A stretch of DNA of 64,000 bases from Candidatus Poribacteria bacterium (GTDB taxonomy: Bacteria > Poribacteria > WGA-4E > WGA-3G), in NCBI GenBank assembly GCA_965242965.1, contig OZ251518.1, positions 2,976,001 to 3,040,000 on the forward strand. The letters are read 5' to 3'. A program made the translations under genes and the position numbers. Positions 48,560-58,194 of this stretch are shown here, one piece after another (positions within the stretch are counted from its first letter, which is position 1; every line of letters begins with the position of its first letter). The notes under the pieces are model-generated. The model had not been told where the DNA came from and did not search any database. It worked only from the letters and a program-made list of their open reading frames with translations.

Positions 48560-50506
48560 ATGCCGGATGATGAACGCCTACATAGCGCAAAAGGCGTAAC
48601 GTGGAAATCTATCGCCATCACGCTCGTGCTGATTCCGTTCAATTTCTATTGGATAATCGCGGGCGAAGTCGGGCTCGTCGGATATGCGCTGAATACCTAC
48701 GCCGTTCCGTTTTACAACGTCGTTTTCGTCGTCTTCGCATTGACGCTGCTCAACCTTGTCGTCAAGCGAACGCCGCGCCTAGTTCTACTTGACAATGCGG
48801 AGCTCCTCACGATATACATCCTGCTAAGCACGGCGTGCGCGTTCCCATCTATTACGCTAATGACGACGCTCGTCACAACCATCGGGCACGCCTTCTGGTT
48901 CGCCACCCCCGAAAACGAATGGAAGCAACTCTTTTGGGACTACCTGCCGAGATGGCTCCTCGTCGATGAACAGAAAGTGCTTGCAGGGTATTACACCGGT
49001 GAGTCAAGCCTCACGAAACTAGAAATTATCAGTGCCTGGTTCGTGCCGACGCTAGCGTGGGCGGCGTTCATGACAACTATCGTCCTCGTGATGCTGTGCA
49101 TTAACGTCATCTTGCGGAAGCAGTGGGTGGAACGCGAGCGGCTCGCCTATCCGATTACGCAAATCGCCTTTCACGTCACCCACAATACAAAATCGCTATT
49201 CTCGCATCGCATCACGTGGCTCGGATTCGGGATTGCCGCCGCAATTGCCGTGCTAAACGGGCTCAGTTTCCTCTATCCGACAATTCCGAGTCTGCCGATT
49301 AAACGCATCGGCGGATGGCAGGGGTTCGGGCATCTCTTCACAGAAAAGCCGTGGAACGCCATCGGCGGTATCAGCATGTCCTATTATCCATTCGTCATCG
49401 GGCTGGGGCTGTTGATGCCGTTGGATTTGGCGTTTTCGAGTTGGTTCTTCTTCCTCTTCTATAAGGCGCAATTGGTAATCGCCAGTGCCGCCGGGCTATC
49501 CAGTCTGCCGGGGTTTCCGTATATTGACAGGCAGTGCTTCGGTGCCGCGGTGGGGATTTTCATCTCCGTGTTCGTGCTGAACCTGCGGCATTTCCGAGGT
49601 GTTTTCCGCATTGCGCGCCACCGCACCGGCGAAGATGCAGATGAACCGGTATCTTACCAATTTGCGCTGTGGGGTATCATCGGTGGGCTCGCGCTACTCT
49701 TCCTCTTCTCCAGGCGTATCGGCATGTCGTTCTGGTTGATTCCGCCCTTTTTCGCCATCTATTTCATCATCGTCTTCGTGCTGACGCGGATGCGCGCCGA
49801 GCAAGGGTTTCCCGTGCATGCAATGGAGAACATGCCGAACCACCACATCCTCGTCGACAGTTTCGGCACGCGGGCGTTAGGCACGAATAACCTCGTTGCG
49901 TTGACGCTCTATCGCTGGTTCAATCGAAGTTACACCAGCAACCCGATGCCGCATCAATTAGAGGGCTTCAAACTCTTGGAACGTTCTGCTATCGCGCCGC
50001 GGCGATTGTTCTTCGCGCTGCTCGGTATTTCCGCGTTCGCCTCCGTCATGGTATTCGGCGTTATCCTGTATCTATTTTATACCTACGGCGCGTTAAATAT
50101 GAGCGGCACGAGCAGCTGGGCGACAGGATTTGGCGCGCGCGTCTTCAACGGGTTGCAACGCTGGCTCTATTATCCGACGGAACCGAATTTCTATGCCACC
50201 GGCGGCATCCTTTTCGGCTTGTGCTTTTCGACGGTTTTGATGTTCATGCGCGCGCGTTTCTTCTGGTGGCCCTTTCATCCGATCGGGTTTGTCGTCTGTA
50301 GCGATTGGGGGATGCGGTATCTCTGGAGTTGCATGTTAGTGAGTTCGGTTGTCAAGTGGGCAGTCTTGAAAATCGCAGGACCGCGGGCTTCGCAACGTTT
50401 AGTCAGGTTCGCGATAGGGTTGATGCTCGGCGATTTCACGGTAGGTGGCATTTGGAGTCTCATCAGCGTTGTGACGCAGCAGCCGATGTATAATTTTTGG
50501 CCTTAG
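48560..50506 (+). CDS. DUF6785/DUF6784-type polytopic membrane protein (OPT-like putative transporter)
   Basis: About 16-17 TM segments; ATPENEW, RKQWVERERLAYP, WWPFHPIGF motifs. Confidence 0.65.
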   Translation: MPDDERLHSAKGVTWKSIAITLVLIPFNFYWIIAGEVGLVGYALNTYAVPFYNVVFVVFALTLLNLVVKRTPRLVLLDNAELLTIYILLSTACAFPSITLMTTLVTTIGHAFWFATPENEWKQLFWDYLPRWLLVDEQKVLAGYYTGESSLTKLEIISAWFVPTLAWAAFMTTIVLVMLCINVILRKQWVERERLAYPITQIAFHVTHNTKSLFSHRITWLGFGIAAAIAVLNGLSFLYPTIPSLPIKRIGGWQGFGHLFTEKPWNAIGGISMSYYPFVIGLGLLMPLDLAFSSWFFFLFYKAQLVIASAAGLSSLPGFPYIDRQCFGAAVGIFISVFVLNLRHFRGVFRIARHRTGEDADEPVSYQFALWGIIGGLALLFLFSRRIGMSFWLIPPFFAIYFIIVFVLTRMRAEQGFPVHAMENMPNHHILVDSFGTRALGTNNLVALTLYRWFNRSYTSNPMPHQLEGFKLLERSAIAPRRLFFALLGISAFASVMVFGVILYLFYTYGALNMSGTSSWATGFGARVFNGLQRWLYYPTEPNFYATGGILFGLCFSTVLMFMRARFFWWPFHPIGFVVCSDWGMRYLWSCMLVSSVVKWAVLKIAGPRASQRLVRFAIGLMLGDFTVGGIWSLISVVTQQPMYNFWP

Positions 50507-50559
50507 GATGGGAACCCCCCATTGTCTGAATCAGGATTTACAGGGTCACGTCTACAGAG

Positions 50560-50887
50560 AAGACATCTCTACAAGAAGGTGTCGGGCCCACCACTGTAGT
50601 TCGGGATCGCCTGATCCCGAACGGGTCGACAGAAAAAAACGCCCCGCTTTACCGTAGGGCGAGGGCCTGTCCCTCGCCATGCGGCGGTCCACCGAACCGC
50701 TCTTTTAGGTCCGTCGGACCTAAATGTCTATAGACAAACGTGCCGCACCCTAGCAAGGTCCGTAGGCCCTTAATAAGGGTTAGAGTGTTGCATCGAGACG
50801 CGGGAGGTTTCTCCTACGGGACGCTCGCGGGGGACAGGCCCCCGCGCTACGGTAACCGGACAGTTTCTTGAGTTATGAAACCCCCTC
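50560..50887. mobile_element. REP mosaic ending in a TIR
   Basis: Ends TTATGAAACCCCCTC followed by AAATATCT. Confidence 0.7.
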
Positions 50888-50951
50888 AAATATCTCCAAT
50901 TTGCATTGCAACTCACTTTATGGTATCCTATTCCCCAAGGAGAGTTTTACC

Positions 50952-51851
50952 ATGCAGCATTCAACAGACACGCATCGGACAATAAAGGAGTTATCGCCGG
51001 CGGAATTAGCGGCATATCGCGAGCGTCTTGACACACACTTTCGCAATCGGCAGATAGACGAAGCGTTGCTGGCGCGTGCGTGGCAGACGGCGTATCGTGT
51101 GGCGGCGATGCTTTATGACGACTTCGGTGCGACGCGCGTTGCAGTATTCGGTTCGCTCGCAGAGCGCGAGTGGTTTTCCCCGCGTTCGGATATTGACATC
51201 GCCGTTTGGGGCCTTCCATCCCGCGTCTATTTTCGGGCTGTGTCCGAGACTGTCGGGTTTAGTTCAGAATTCAAGATAGATTTGGTTGATTTTGAAAACT
51301 GCAAAGGACGTTTTCGCGAGCGAATCCAAAGTCAAATCATCGGCATTGAGAAGGGGGAAATTTATCACGTGGACAGGAACCCATTGATACAGCGTATCTC
51401 CGACGAACACGCAAAAATAGGCAAGACAGTCCAAAAAATCGCTGAACGATTACAGAAAATCGTGACAGCACCGCCTGAATACAGGGAGGAAACCGAAATC
51501 GCGATTGCCAAAAATCTCGCAGATTGCTACCAGGGCATAGAGAACATTTTTAAGCGTATCGCGCTTGATGTCGATGTTGACATGCCTCAGGGCGAGCGGT
51601 GGCATAAGCAGCTGCTGGAGCAGATGGCCCTCCCGAAAGCGGAACGGCCATCCGTGATTTCCGAAAGGACTTTTGCGCGTTTGCTGGAACTTTTAGAGTT
51701 CCGCCACGTCTATAACAATATCTACGGCGAAGAACTAGCCTACGAAAAAACGGAGGAGAACGCCAAACGGGTAGGCGATTTATTCGCCATGTTCTCCGAG
51801 GAACTAGAAACGTTCATCGCTTTTTTAGCCTGCCGCGCCCCGGGGGAGTAA
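50952..51851 (+). CDS. MNT-HEPN fusion, copy 2
   Basis: FGSLAEREWFSPRSDIDIAV; WHKQLLEQM..EFRHVYNNIY; AAGGAG RBS. Confidence 0.8.
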   Translation: MQHSTDTHRTIKELSPAELAAYRERLDTHFRNRQIDEALLARAWQTAYRVAAMLYDDFGATRVAVFGSLAEREWFSPRSDIDIAVWGLPSRVYFRAVSETVGFSSEFKIDLVDFENCKGRFRERIQSQIIGIEKGEIYHVDRNPLIQRISDEHAKIGKTVQKIAERLQKIVTAPPEYREETEIAIAKNLADCYQGIENIFKRIALDVDVDMPQGERWHKQLLEQMALPKAERPSVISERTFARLLELLEFRHVYNNIYGEELAYEKTEENAKRVGDLFAMFSEELETFIAFLACRAPGE

Positions 51852-51857
51852 ATATCT

Positions 51858-52215
51858 GAGGGTGTTTCATAACTCGCTCAACGTTGCGGGGACAGGCCCC
51901 GCGCTACGGTGAAAAAACCCCCCCCCCTTTCACCGTCGACCGTAGTTCGGGAGCGCCTGCTCCCGAACGGGTCAAGAGCAGGCGATCTTGACCTACAGAG
52001 GGGGATACCCCGGGTTACCGTAGGGCTTGGGCCCTCGCATGCCACACGCGCATGCGAGCGGGTTTCCCTCGCCGTGCCTAGACCTTGGAAAAGACCGTAG
52101 TTCGGGAGCACCCGCTCCCGAACGGGTCGACGGTAAAAAAACGGTCTCCTTCACCGTAGGGCGAGGGCCTGTCCCTCGCCATGCTGCGGTCCCCCGAACC
52201 GCTCTTTTAGGTCTC
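51858..52215. mobile_element. MITE-like element, right end deleted, flanked by AAATATCT duplication
   Basis: AAATATCT (51850-51857)|GAGGGTGTTTCATAA ... TC|AAATATCT (52216-52223). Confidence 0.75.
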
Positions 52216-52278
52216 AAATATCTCCAATTTGCATTGCAACTCACTTTATGGTATCCTATTTTCCAAGGAGATTTTACC

Positions 52279-53211
52279 ATGCATCAACTAACAGACACCC
52301 ATCGGACAATAAAGGAATTATCGCCGGCGGAATTGGCGGCATATCGCGAGCGTCTTGACGCACATTTTCGCAATCGGCAGATAGACGAGGCGTTATTGCA
52401 GCGTGCGTGGCAGACAGCGTATCGCGTGGCGGCACTGCTTTATGAGGACTTCGGTGCGACGCGCGTTGCAGTGTTCGGTTCGCTTGCAGAGCGCGAGTGG
52501 TTTTCCCCGCGTTCGGATATTGATATCGCCGTTTGGGGGCTGCCATCCCGCGCCTATTTTCGTGCGGTATCCGAGACTGTCGGGTTTAGTTCAGAATTCA
52601 AGATCGATCTGGTTGATTTTGAAAACTGCAAAGGGCGTTTCCGCGAGCGAGTGGAGAGCCAAGCCGTGCCGATTCAAATCGGGAAGACCGCGGGACAACC
52701 CCGTATCAAGAAAAAAGAGGAAATTGACGAAGTGAACACGCGCGCCCTGGTCCAACGTATCTCCGAGGAACATGCAAAAATCGCCGGGAAAGTGGAGAGA
52801 ATTCGGGAGGACTTGCCGAAGATTGAAGCGGCACCCCCGGAATATCGGGAAAGCCTAGAGGCGTTTGTTGCTCGCCACCTCTACGATTTCTATAAAGGTT
52901 TGGAAAACATCTTCACGAAAATCGCGGGAGAAGTTGATGGCAATCTTCCTCGCGACCCGGCGTGGCATCAGGCACTCCTTCGGCAGATGTCAGAACAGCG
53001 GGGAAAACGGCCTCCGGTGCTTTCACAAAAAACCAGCGAAGCCCTCCGCGAACTTTTAGGGTTTCGTCACGTCTTCGTCTATATCTATGCCGAAGAGTTG
53101 GATTACGAACGAACGGTGGAAAACGCGCTGTTGGCGAGTGAGGTGTTTGACAGCCTCTCTGAAGAATTGCAGAGATTCATCGCTTGGCTCGAAAAGCAGG
53201 ATATGGAATAA
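52279..53211 (+). CDS. MNT-HEPN fusion, copy 3
   Basis: N-half near-identical to copy 2; WHQALLRQM..GFRHVFVYIY. Confidence 0.8.
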   Translation: MHQLTDTHRTIKELSPAELAAYRERLDAHFRNRQIDEALLQRAWQTAYRVAALLYEDFGATRVAVFGSLAEREWFSPRSDIDIAVWGLPSRAYFRAVSETVGFSSEFKIDLVDFENCKGRFRERVESQAVPIQIGKTAGQPRIKKKEEIDEVNTRALVQRISEEHAKIAGKVERIREDLPKIEAAPPEYRESLEAFVARHLYDFYKGLENIFTKIAGEVDGNLPRDPAWHQALLRQMSEQRGKRPPVLSQKTSEALRELLGFRHVFVYIYAEELDYERTVENALLASEVFDSLSEELQRFIAWLEKQDME

Positions 53212-53220
53212 TATGATATT

Positions 53221-53460
53221 ACGGGTCAAGAGCAGGCGCTCTTGACCTACAGAGGGGGAGGCCCCGGGTTACCGTAGGGCGAGGGCCTGTCCCTCGCCAT
53301 CGTTCGCACACCCCAACGATCGCGGGGGACAGGCCCCCGCGCTACGGGAAAAAAACGGCCCCTTTCACCGTAGACCGTAGTTTGGGAGCGCCTGCTCCCG
53401 AACGGGTCAAGAGCAGGCACTCTTGCCCTACAGAAGAGGGCGGCTCGCTCACCGTAGGGC
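53221..53460. repeat. REP mosaic cluster
   Basis: Same GTAG families as elsewhere; similar to about 51900-52030. Confidence 0.75.
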
Positions 53461-53481
53461 TTACGGCTCAGGTTACCTTGA

Positions 53482-55125
53482 ATGAACAAACGCAGCCAAA
53501 TAACGCATTGCGAAATCCAAAAAAATCGACTCTTGTCTTTAACCCTATTCGTAATGGTAAGTCTCGTGAACACTTTGCCCGCGGCAGACATCCAATTTGT
53601 GGACGTTACGGAACAAGCAGGTATCCACTTTAAACATGCAGGTGGCATTGACTTGCGCGTCGTCCCTGCACTCGTCGGCTCTGGGGTTGCATGGCGAGAT
53701 GTTGATAACGATGGCGACTTGGATCTTTACATTGTCAATAGTGCCGCCGTGCGGCCCGAACCGGGGACGATACTGCCGCAAAACGCGCTCTATCGCAATA
53801 ACGGCGATGGCACGTTCACCGATGTCACCGAGACTGCCGGCGTTGGCGATATCGGGTGGGGTATGGGCTGCGCCTTCGCCGATTACGATAACGACGGCGA
53901 CGCTGACCTCTACGTTACCAACTACAAGGCGAACGTCTTTTATCGGAACGAAGGTGATGGCAAGTTCAAGAAGTATTCAGCGGGGGCAGGCGGTATTGGG
54001 CATGCAGGGTTCGGTTCAGGTATCGCCTGGGGCGATTACGATGCCGACGGTTTCCTTGAGCTCTATGTCGGCAACTATATTGACTATACCAAAGTCCCGC
54101 AAGGCGAAGAGGTGTTTTTTCCTTACGACTTTTTCGGGCAAGCGAACGTGCTTTATCTCAACAAAGGCGATGGCGGGTTCATCGATATCACCGATGCCGC
54201 CAAGGTCACCGGTGGGTTTCATCTCACCCTCGGTGTCGCAGCGGCAGACTACGATGCCGATGGCGATTTGGACATTTACCTCGCGAACGACACAGATCAG
54301 AATATCCTCTATCGGAATGATGGCGAGGTGATGTTCACGAATACCAATAAACCGGATGCCAGAAGTCGGACAGGCGACATCCGCAGCGGGATGGGGATTG
54401 CGTGGGGCGATTACGATAATGACGCAGACTTGGATCTCTTTGTGACGAATTGGCTTGACGAAAACAACGTTCTGTATCAAAATAACGGCGATGGCACATT
54501 CACCGATGTTTCCGCGCGGAGCGGCATCTTTGCGTCGGGGCTCGGCAAAACGTGTTGGGGCACCGCGCTGTTCGATGCCGACAACGATGGGGACTTGGAC
54601 CTATTTTTCGCGTGTGGCCACATCGATCCGGCCTCATGGGAGTCGCACGGGCAACACGATGTTATGCTTCGTAACAACGGCGATGGGACTTTCACCGATA
54701 TCTCGGAAGCCGCGGGGCTGCATCAATTTGAGTCCCCTGGCGTTGGCCGCGGCGTTGCCGTTGGCGACTACGATGCCGATGGTGCTCTGGACTTGGTGAT
54801 TGTCAACAGCGGTGGCAAACCGATGTTGCTCCGCAACGCGGGTAGGCTTCAGCAGAATTGGTTGCATATCCGCACTATCGGCACGGTAAGCAACCGCGAT
54901 GGCATTGGCGCGCTCGTGACGCTGCAGTCGGGGAACCTCCGCCAAATCCAGCAGGTTGTGGCGGGGGATAGTTATCTATCACAGAGTAGCCCGGCGGTGG
55001 AATTCGGGCTCGGGCACCGTGAGAAGGTGGACAGCCTTGTCATCCAGTGGCCGAGTGGGATTGTCCAAACGGTGAGGGATGTGCGCGTGAATCAGCGGCT
55101 CACTATAGTTGAAAAGGCGGAGTAG
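53482..55125 (+). CDS. CRTAC1-family protein (FG-GAP repeats + ASPIC/UnbV domain)
   Basis: Repeated DYDNDGDxDL..NNGDGTFTDV; C-terminal SNRDGIGA..YLSQSS..FGLG..WPSG. Confidence 0.9.
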   Translation: MNKRSQITHCEIQKNRLLSLTLFVMVSLVNTLPAADIQFVDVTEQAGIHFKHAGGIDLRVVPALVGSGVAWRDVDNDGDLDLYIVNSAAVRPEPGTILPQNALYRNNGDGTFTDVTETAGVGDIGWGMGCAFADYDNDGDADLYVTNYKANVFYRNEGDGKFKKYSAGAGGIGHAGFGSGIAWGDYDADGFLELYVGNYIDYTKVPQGEEVFFPYDFFGQANVLYLNKGDGGFIDITDAAKVTGGFHLTLGVAAADYDADGDLDIYLANDTDQNILYRNDGEVMFTNTNKPDARSRTGDIRSGMGIAWGDYDNDADLDLFVTNWLDENNVLYQNNGDGTFTDVSARSGIFASGLGKTCWGTALFDADNDGDLDLFFACGHIDPASWESHGQHDVMLRNNGDGTFTDISEAAGLHQFESPGVGRGVAVGDYDADGALDLVIVNSGGKPMLLRNAGRLQQNWLHIRTIGTVSNRDGIGALVTLQSGNLRQIQQVVAGDSYLSQSSPAVEFGLGHREKVDSLVIQWPSGIVQTVRDVRVNQRLTIVEKAE

Positions 55126-55190
55126 TGCCGAAAAAATAGTTGAAACGAGAACCGGAATATGTTATGCTTAATCAAAAAAGGAGGGAATGC

Positions 55191-55838
55191 ATGCAACGAA
55201 TACTATTATCCCTAATTTTGCTTGCTACCTTTGTAGTGGGCGTTATCGTTCACGATGCTGTGCCTGCCGAAGAAATTCGGGTGTGGGGTGGTAAATTGGA
55301 AGATTTCAAAGATTCCGATGGCCGCATCTGGCACGGTGGACAGAACGAGAAGAAAGCGTGGGGCGGCTGGATCGAGAAGCTGCCGCGCACCGCCGAAGTG
55401 GTGCAACTCACCAAAGAGGCAGAGAAACTCGCGAAGCAGGAAGGATACGATGAAGAACTCTTCTATGCTGTCAGCTGGGCGCAATTCCCGGATACCGTCA
55501 AAATGGATTTGAATACCGGGAAAGGCACCTTTAACGTAACGTATCTCGTCGGGGAACACTGGTCCCCGAACAACCGCGGTTTTGATATTATCATCGAAGA
55601 TGAGATTGTCGAGGAAGAGTATGTCACCCCCGGCAATAACGAGATAGACATTAAACGCTATGAAGGCATCGTGGTGAAGGACAAGGTGATGAGCCTTGAA
55701 TTCGCCGGGAATCCGAAAACGGGTGCCGGTGACCTGAACGCCATGTTCAGTGGGATAGAGGTGATTCCCGCGCTCGCCGTAGAACCGCAGCAGAAACTCA
55801 CGACGACGTGGGGCGCGCTCAAAGACGCACGACAGTAG
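55191..55838 (+). CDS. Secreted malectin-like protein with TTWG tail
   Basis: Signal peptide; DSDGRIW..FNVTYLVGE..RGFDIIIE..AMFSGIEV; ends AVEPQQKLTTTWGALKDARQ. Confidence 0.7.
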   Translation: MQRILLSLILLATFVVGVIVHDAVPAEEIRVWGGKLEDFKDSDGRIWHGGQNEKKAWGGWIEKLPRTAEVVQLTKEAEKLAKQEGYDEELFYAVSWAQFPDTVKMDLNTGKGTFNVTYLVGEHWSPNNRGFDIIIEDEIVEEEYVTPGNNEIDIKRYEGIVVKDKVMSLEFAGNPKTGAGDLNAMFSGIEVIPALAVEPQQKLTTTWGALKDARQ

Positions 55839-55975
55839 GCGAGACCTCCGGGTCTCGATGCCTTCCCGTAGGCGAGACTTCCGGGTCTCGATGCCTCTCG
55901 CGGTCGGCGCGTCCTCCCTGTCTTGAAATTCCGATGTGATAAATGGGACATCCTTGTCCCAAAAGGAGACATTTT

Positions 55976-56623
55976 ATGAAATTGTTTACGCTTTTAACCT
56001 TAATGATTGTTTTTGCAGCCGTTTCGGTGTCGGTTGTGCTAGCCCAAGATGCCTTCCGCGTCAAAGGCGGCACAGCGGACGACTTCACCGATTCGCAGGG
56101 GCGCGTCTGGCACGGCGCGCAGCAGGAAGACCAGGCGTGGGGCGGCTGGATCGAGAAAGAACCCCGCACCGCCGAAGTCGCAAACTTGACAGCGGATGCG
56201 CAAGCACAAGCGGAAGAAGCCGGTTACGATGTGGAACTCTTCTACGCTGTCAGTTGGGCGCAGTTCCCCGACACCGTGAAGTATCAGTTCAAAACCGGCG
56301 ATGGGACTTTTGACGTTACCTATCTCGTCGGAGAGCACTGGTCCCCGAACAATCGCGGCTTTGATATTGTCATCGAAGGCGAGGTTGTGGAGGCACTCTA
56401 CGTGACACCCGGCCAAGACGAGATAGACATCAAAACCTATGCGGGGATTGAAGTTACGGATGGCACGCTGGATTTCGATTTCGCGGGCAACGCGGAAACC
56501 GGTGCCGGCGATCTCAACGCGATGTTCAGTGCCTTAGAGGTTCTACCTGCAGTTAGCACTGCGGTTGATGCGAAGGCGAAACTCGCGACGACGTGGGGCG
56601 CGCTGAAGGGCAATCGGCAGTAA
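55976..56623 (+). CDS. Paralogous malectin-like secreted protein with TTWG tail
   Basis: Core shared with 55191-55838; ends AVDAKAKLATTWGALKGNRQ. Confidence 0.7.
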   Translation: MKLFTLLTLMIVFAAVSVSVVLAQDAFRVKGGTADDFTDSQGRVWHGAQQEDQAWGGWIEKEPRTAEVANLTADAQAQAEEAGYDVELFYAVSWAQFPDTVKYQFKTGDGTFDVTYLVGEHWSPNNRGFDIVIEGEVVEALYVTPGQDEIDIKTYAGIEVTDGTLDFDFAGNAETGAGDLNAMFSALEVLPAVSTAVDAKAKLATTWGALKGNRQ

Positions 56624-56631
56624 GCTCCTTT

Positions 56632-56674
56632 ATCGGTAGGCGCGCTTTCAAAGAAGCGCGCCTACTGATTTTTA
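56632..56674. terminator. Hairpin between convergent genes, REP-derived, probable terminator
   Basis: ATCGGTAGGCGCGCTT-TCAAAG-AAGCGCGCCTACTGAT followed by a T run. Confidence 0.6.
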
Positions 56675-56676
56675 GG

Positions 56677-57444
56677 CTATTCCACAATTATCGGCGGCGT
56701 TAAATCGCCGCTCAAAATAGTCGGGCACCAGAATTTCTCAATATATTCAATGATGAGCTGCGTCCCTTCCTCGTGGCTCACATAAGGCGGCTTGAACGGG
56801 TTATACATCGCATCGGTGAGATCTCGGGCCAGCACGGCGTTGAAGCCCCACCGCACCATCTGCTTAATCGCGAACGAACGTCCCAAGACGCACATATTCG
56901 TATGAACCCCCATGAAGATGAGGTTCCGGATGCCTTTGTGGTGGAGCAGGTTGTAAACCTCCTGTCCGTTGTCGCTAATGGCATCTGTGTCGCATATCTC
57001 AATTGCGGGGTGTTGGCGATGCCACGCCTTGTAAGTGTCCGTTTCGCCGGTGTCAGAACCGCCATCGGAGGCATCGACAGGCAGCGGCGGATCTGGGAGT
57101 TCGCGTTCCGCTGGCGGTGCGGCGTGCGGGAGCTCCAACACCCACTTTCGCGCCGCGTGCGCTTCATAAAAGTCCATCGTATCCGAAGGCGCGTGGATAA
57201 TCTGCACCCCGCGTTCTCGCGCGCGCCCAAGCACGATGTCCATCCGCGGTGCCATCACGTTCACCCGTTCTGTGGCCCCCCAAGACCAGTGCCGGTCCCA
57301 CATATCCACCACGACAATAGCGGTTTCAGAAGTTTTCCACGTCACTTCTTCCTCAATAACACGCCATCCGTTGCGTCCTACGGTGCGTGCTTCTTGCCTG
57401 CGAATTGCGAGTTGCAGGGACTCGTTTCCGTTGTTAAGTTGCAT
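56677..57444 (-). CDS. Isochorismatase/cysteine hydrolase family protein
   Basis: TAIVVVDMWD, IIHAPS, GVHTNMCV, RDLTDAMY. Confidence 0.8.
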   Translation of the reverse strand: MQLNNGNESLQLAIRRQEARTVGRNGWRVIEEEVTWKTSETAIVVVDMWDRHWSWGATERVNVMAPRMDIVLGRARERGVQIIHAPSDTMDFYEAHAARKWVLELPHAAPPAERELPDPPLPVDASDGGSDTGETDTYKAWHRQHPAIEICDTDAISDNGQEVYNLLHHKGIRNLIFMGVHTNMCVLGRSFAIKQMVRWGFNAVLARDLTDAMYNPFKPPYVSHEEGTQLIIEYIEKFWCPTILSGDLTPPIIVE

Positions 57445-57521
57445 CAGTTTCTCCAAAATAAAGAACTTGCGCGTAGTTTATCAGAATCTCGTTGTTATCG
57501 CAAGTTAATTTTAATTTTCCC

Positions 57522-57945
57522 TGTAGGCGAGACATATCTGTCCTGATACTTACCCCGGTAGGCTGGACATCCTTGTCCCGATACTTACCCCGGTAGGCGG
57601 GACATCCCTGTCCCGATAATGCACTGCATCGAGACCAGGAGGTCTCTCCTACGGTAGGCGGGACATCCTTGTCCTGATACGTTCCCCGGTAGGCGGGACA
57701 TCCCTGTCCCGATAATGCACTGCATCGAGACCAGGAGGTCTCTCCTACTGGGTGTTTGTCGAGACCGGGAGGCTTTCCTATTTTCCTCGGTAGGCTGGAC
57801 ATCCTTGTCCCGATAATGCACTGCATTGAGACCGGGAGGTCTCTCCTACGGTAGGCGGGACATCCTTGTCCTGATACTTTCCTCGGTAGGCTGGACATCC
57901 TTGTCCCGATAATGCACTGCATCGAGACCAGGATGGCACGCCTAC
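57522..57945. repeat. Dense REP array of a distinct family
   Basis: About eight GTAGGC(G/T)GGACATCC(T/C)TGTCC(C/T)GAT copies interleaved with inverted ATCGAGACC.GGAGGTCTCTCCTAC copies. Confidence 0.9.
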
Positions 57946-58194
57946 GGTTCTCTGACTTGTTCAAAAAATGAACAGCCCATCGCACGTTTTAGTCAAAAAG
58001 CGGGTTGAAAGAGTGTCATACATCGCTTGTTTCCGAATACTTCACGCCAGAAAAATTTGGCATACAATTTGCTTATATACCTGTCAGACGCTGCTACGGC
58101 ACGCAAGGAAAACAACAACCTCGGTATGCGCGGTTTGAAGCCGCGCCTATTAGTGGAGAATGATGCATTTGCGCAAGTCTTGAGGAGAATGATA

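Noticed and set aside
57522-57945. Possible CRISPR array or repeat-encoded protein (ORFs 57434-57985 and 57585-57821)
   Set aside because: Irregular spacing, repeated spacers and mixed orientations; the ORFs are translations of REP units.
57990-58190. Cobalamin or other riboswitch upstream of the TonB-dependent receptor
   Set aside because: No B12 box or other recognisable consensus; the visible hairpin near 58125-58150 is a degenerate REP.
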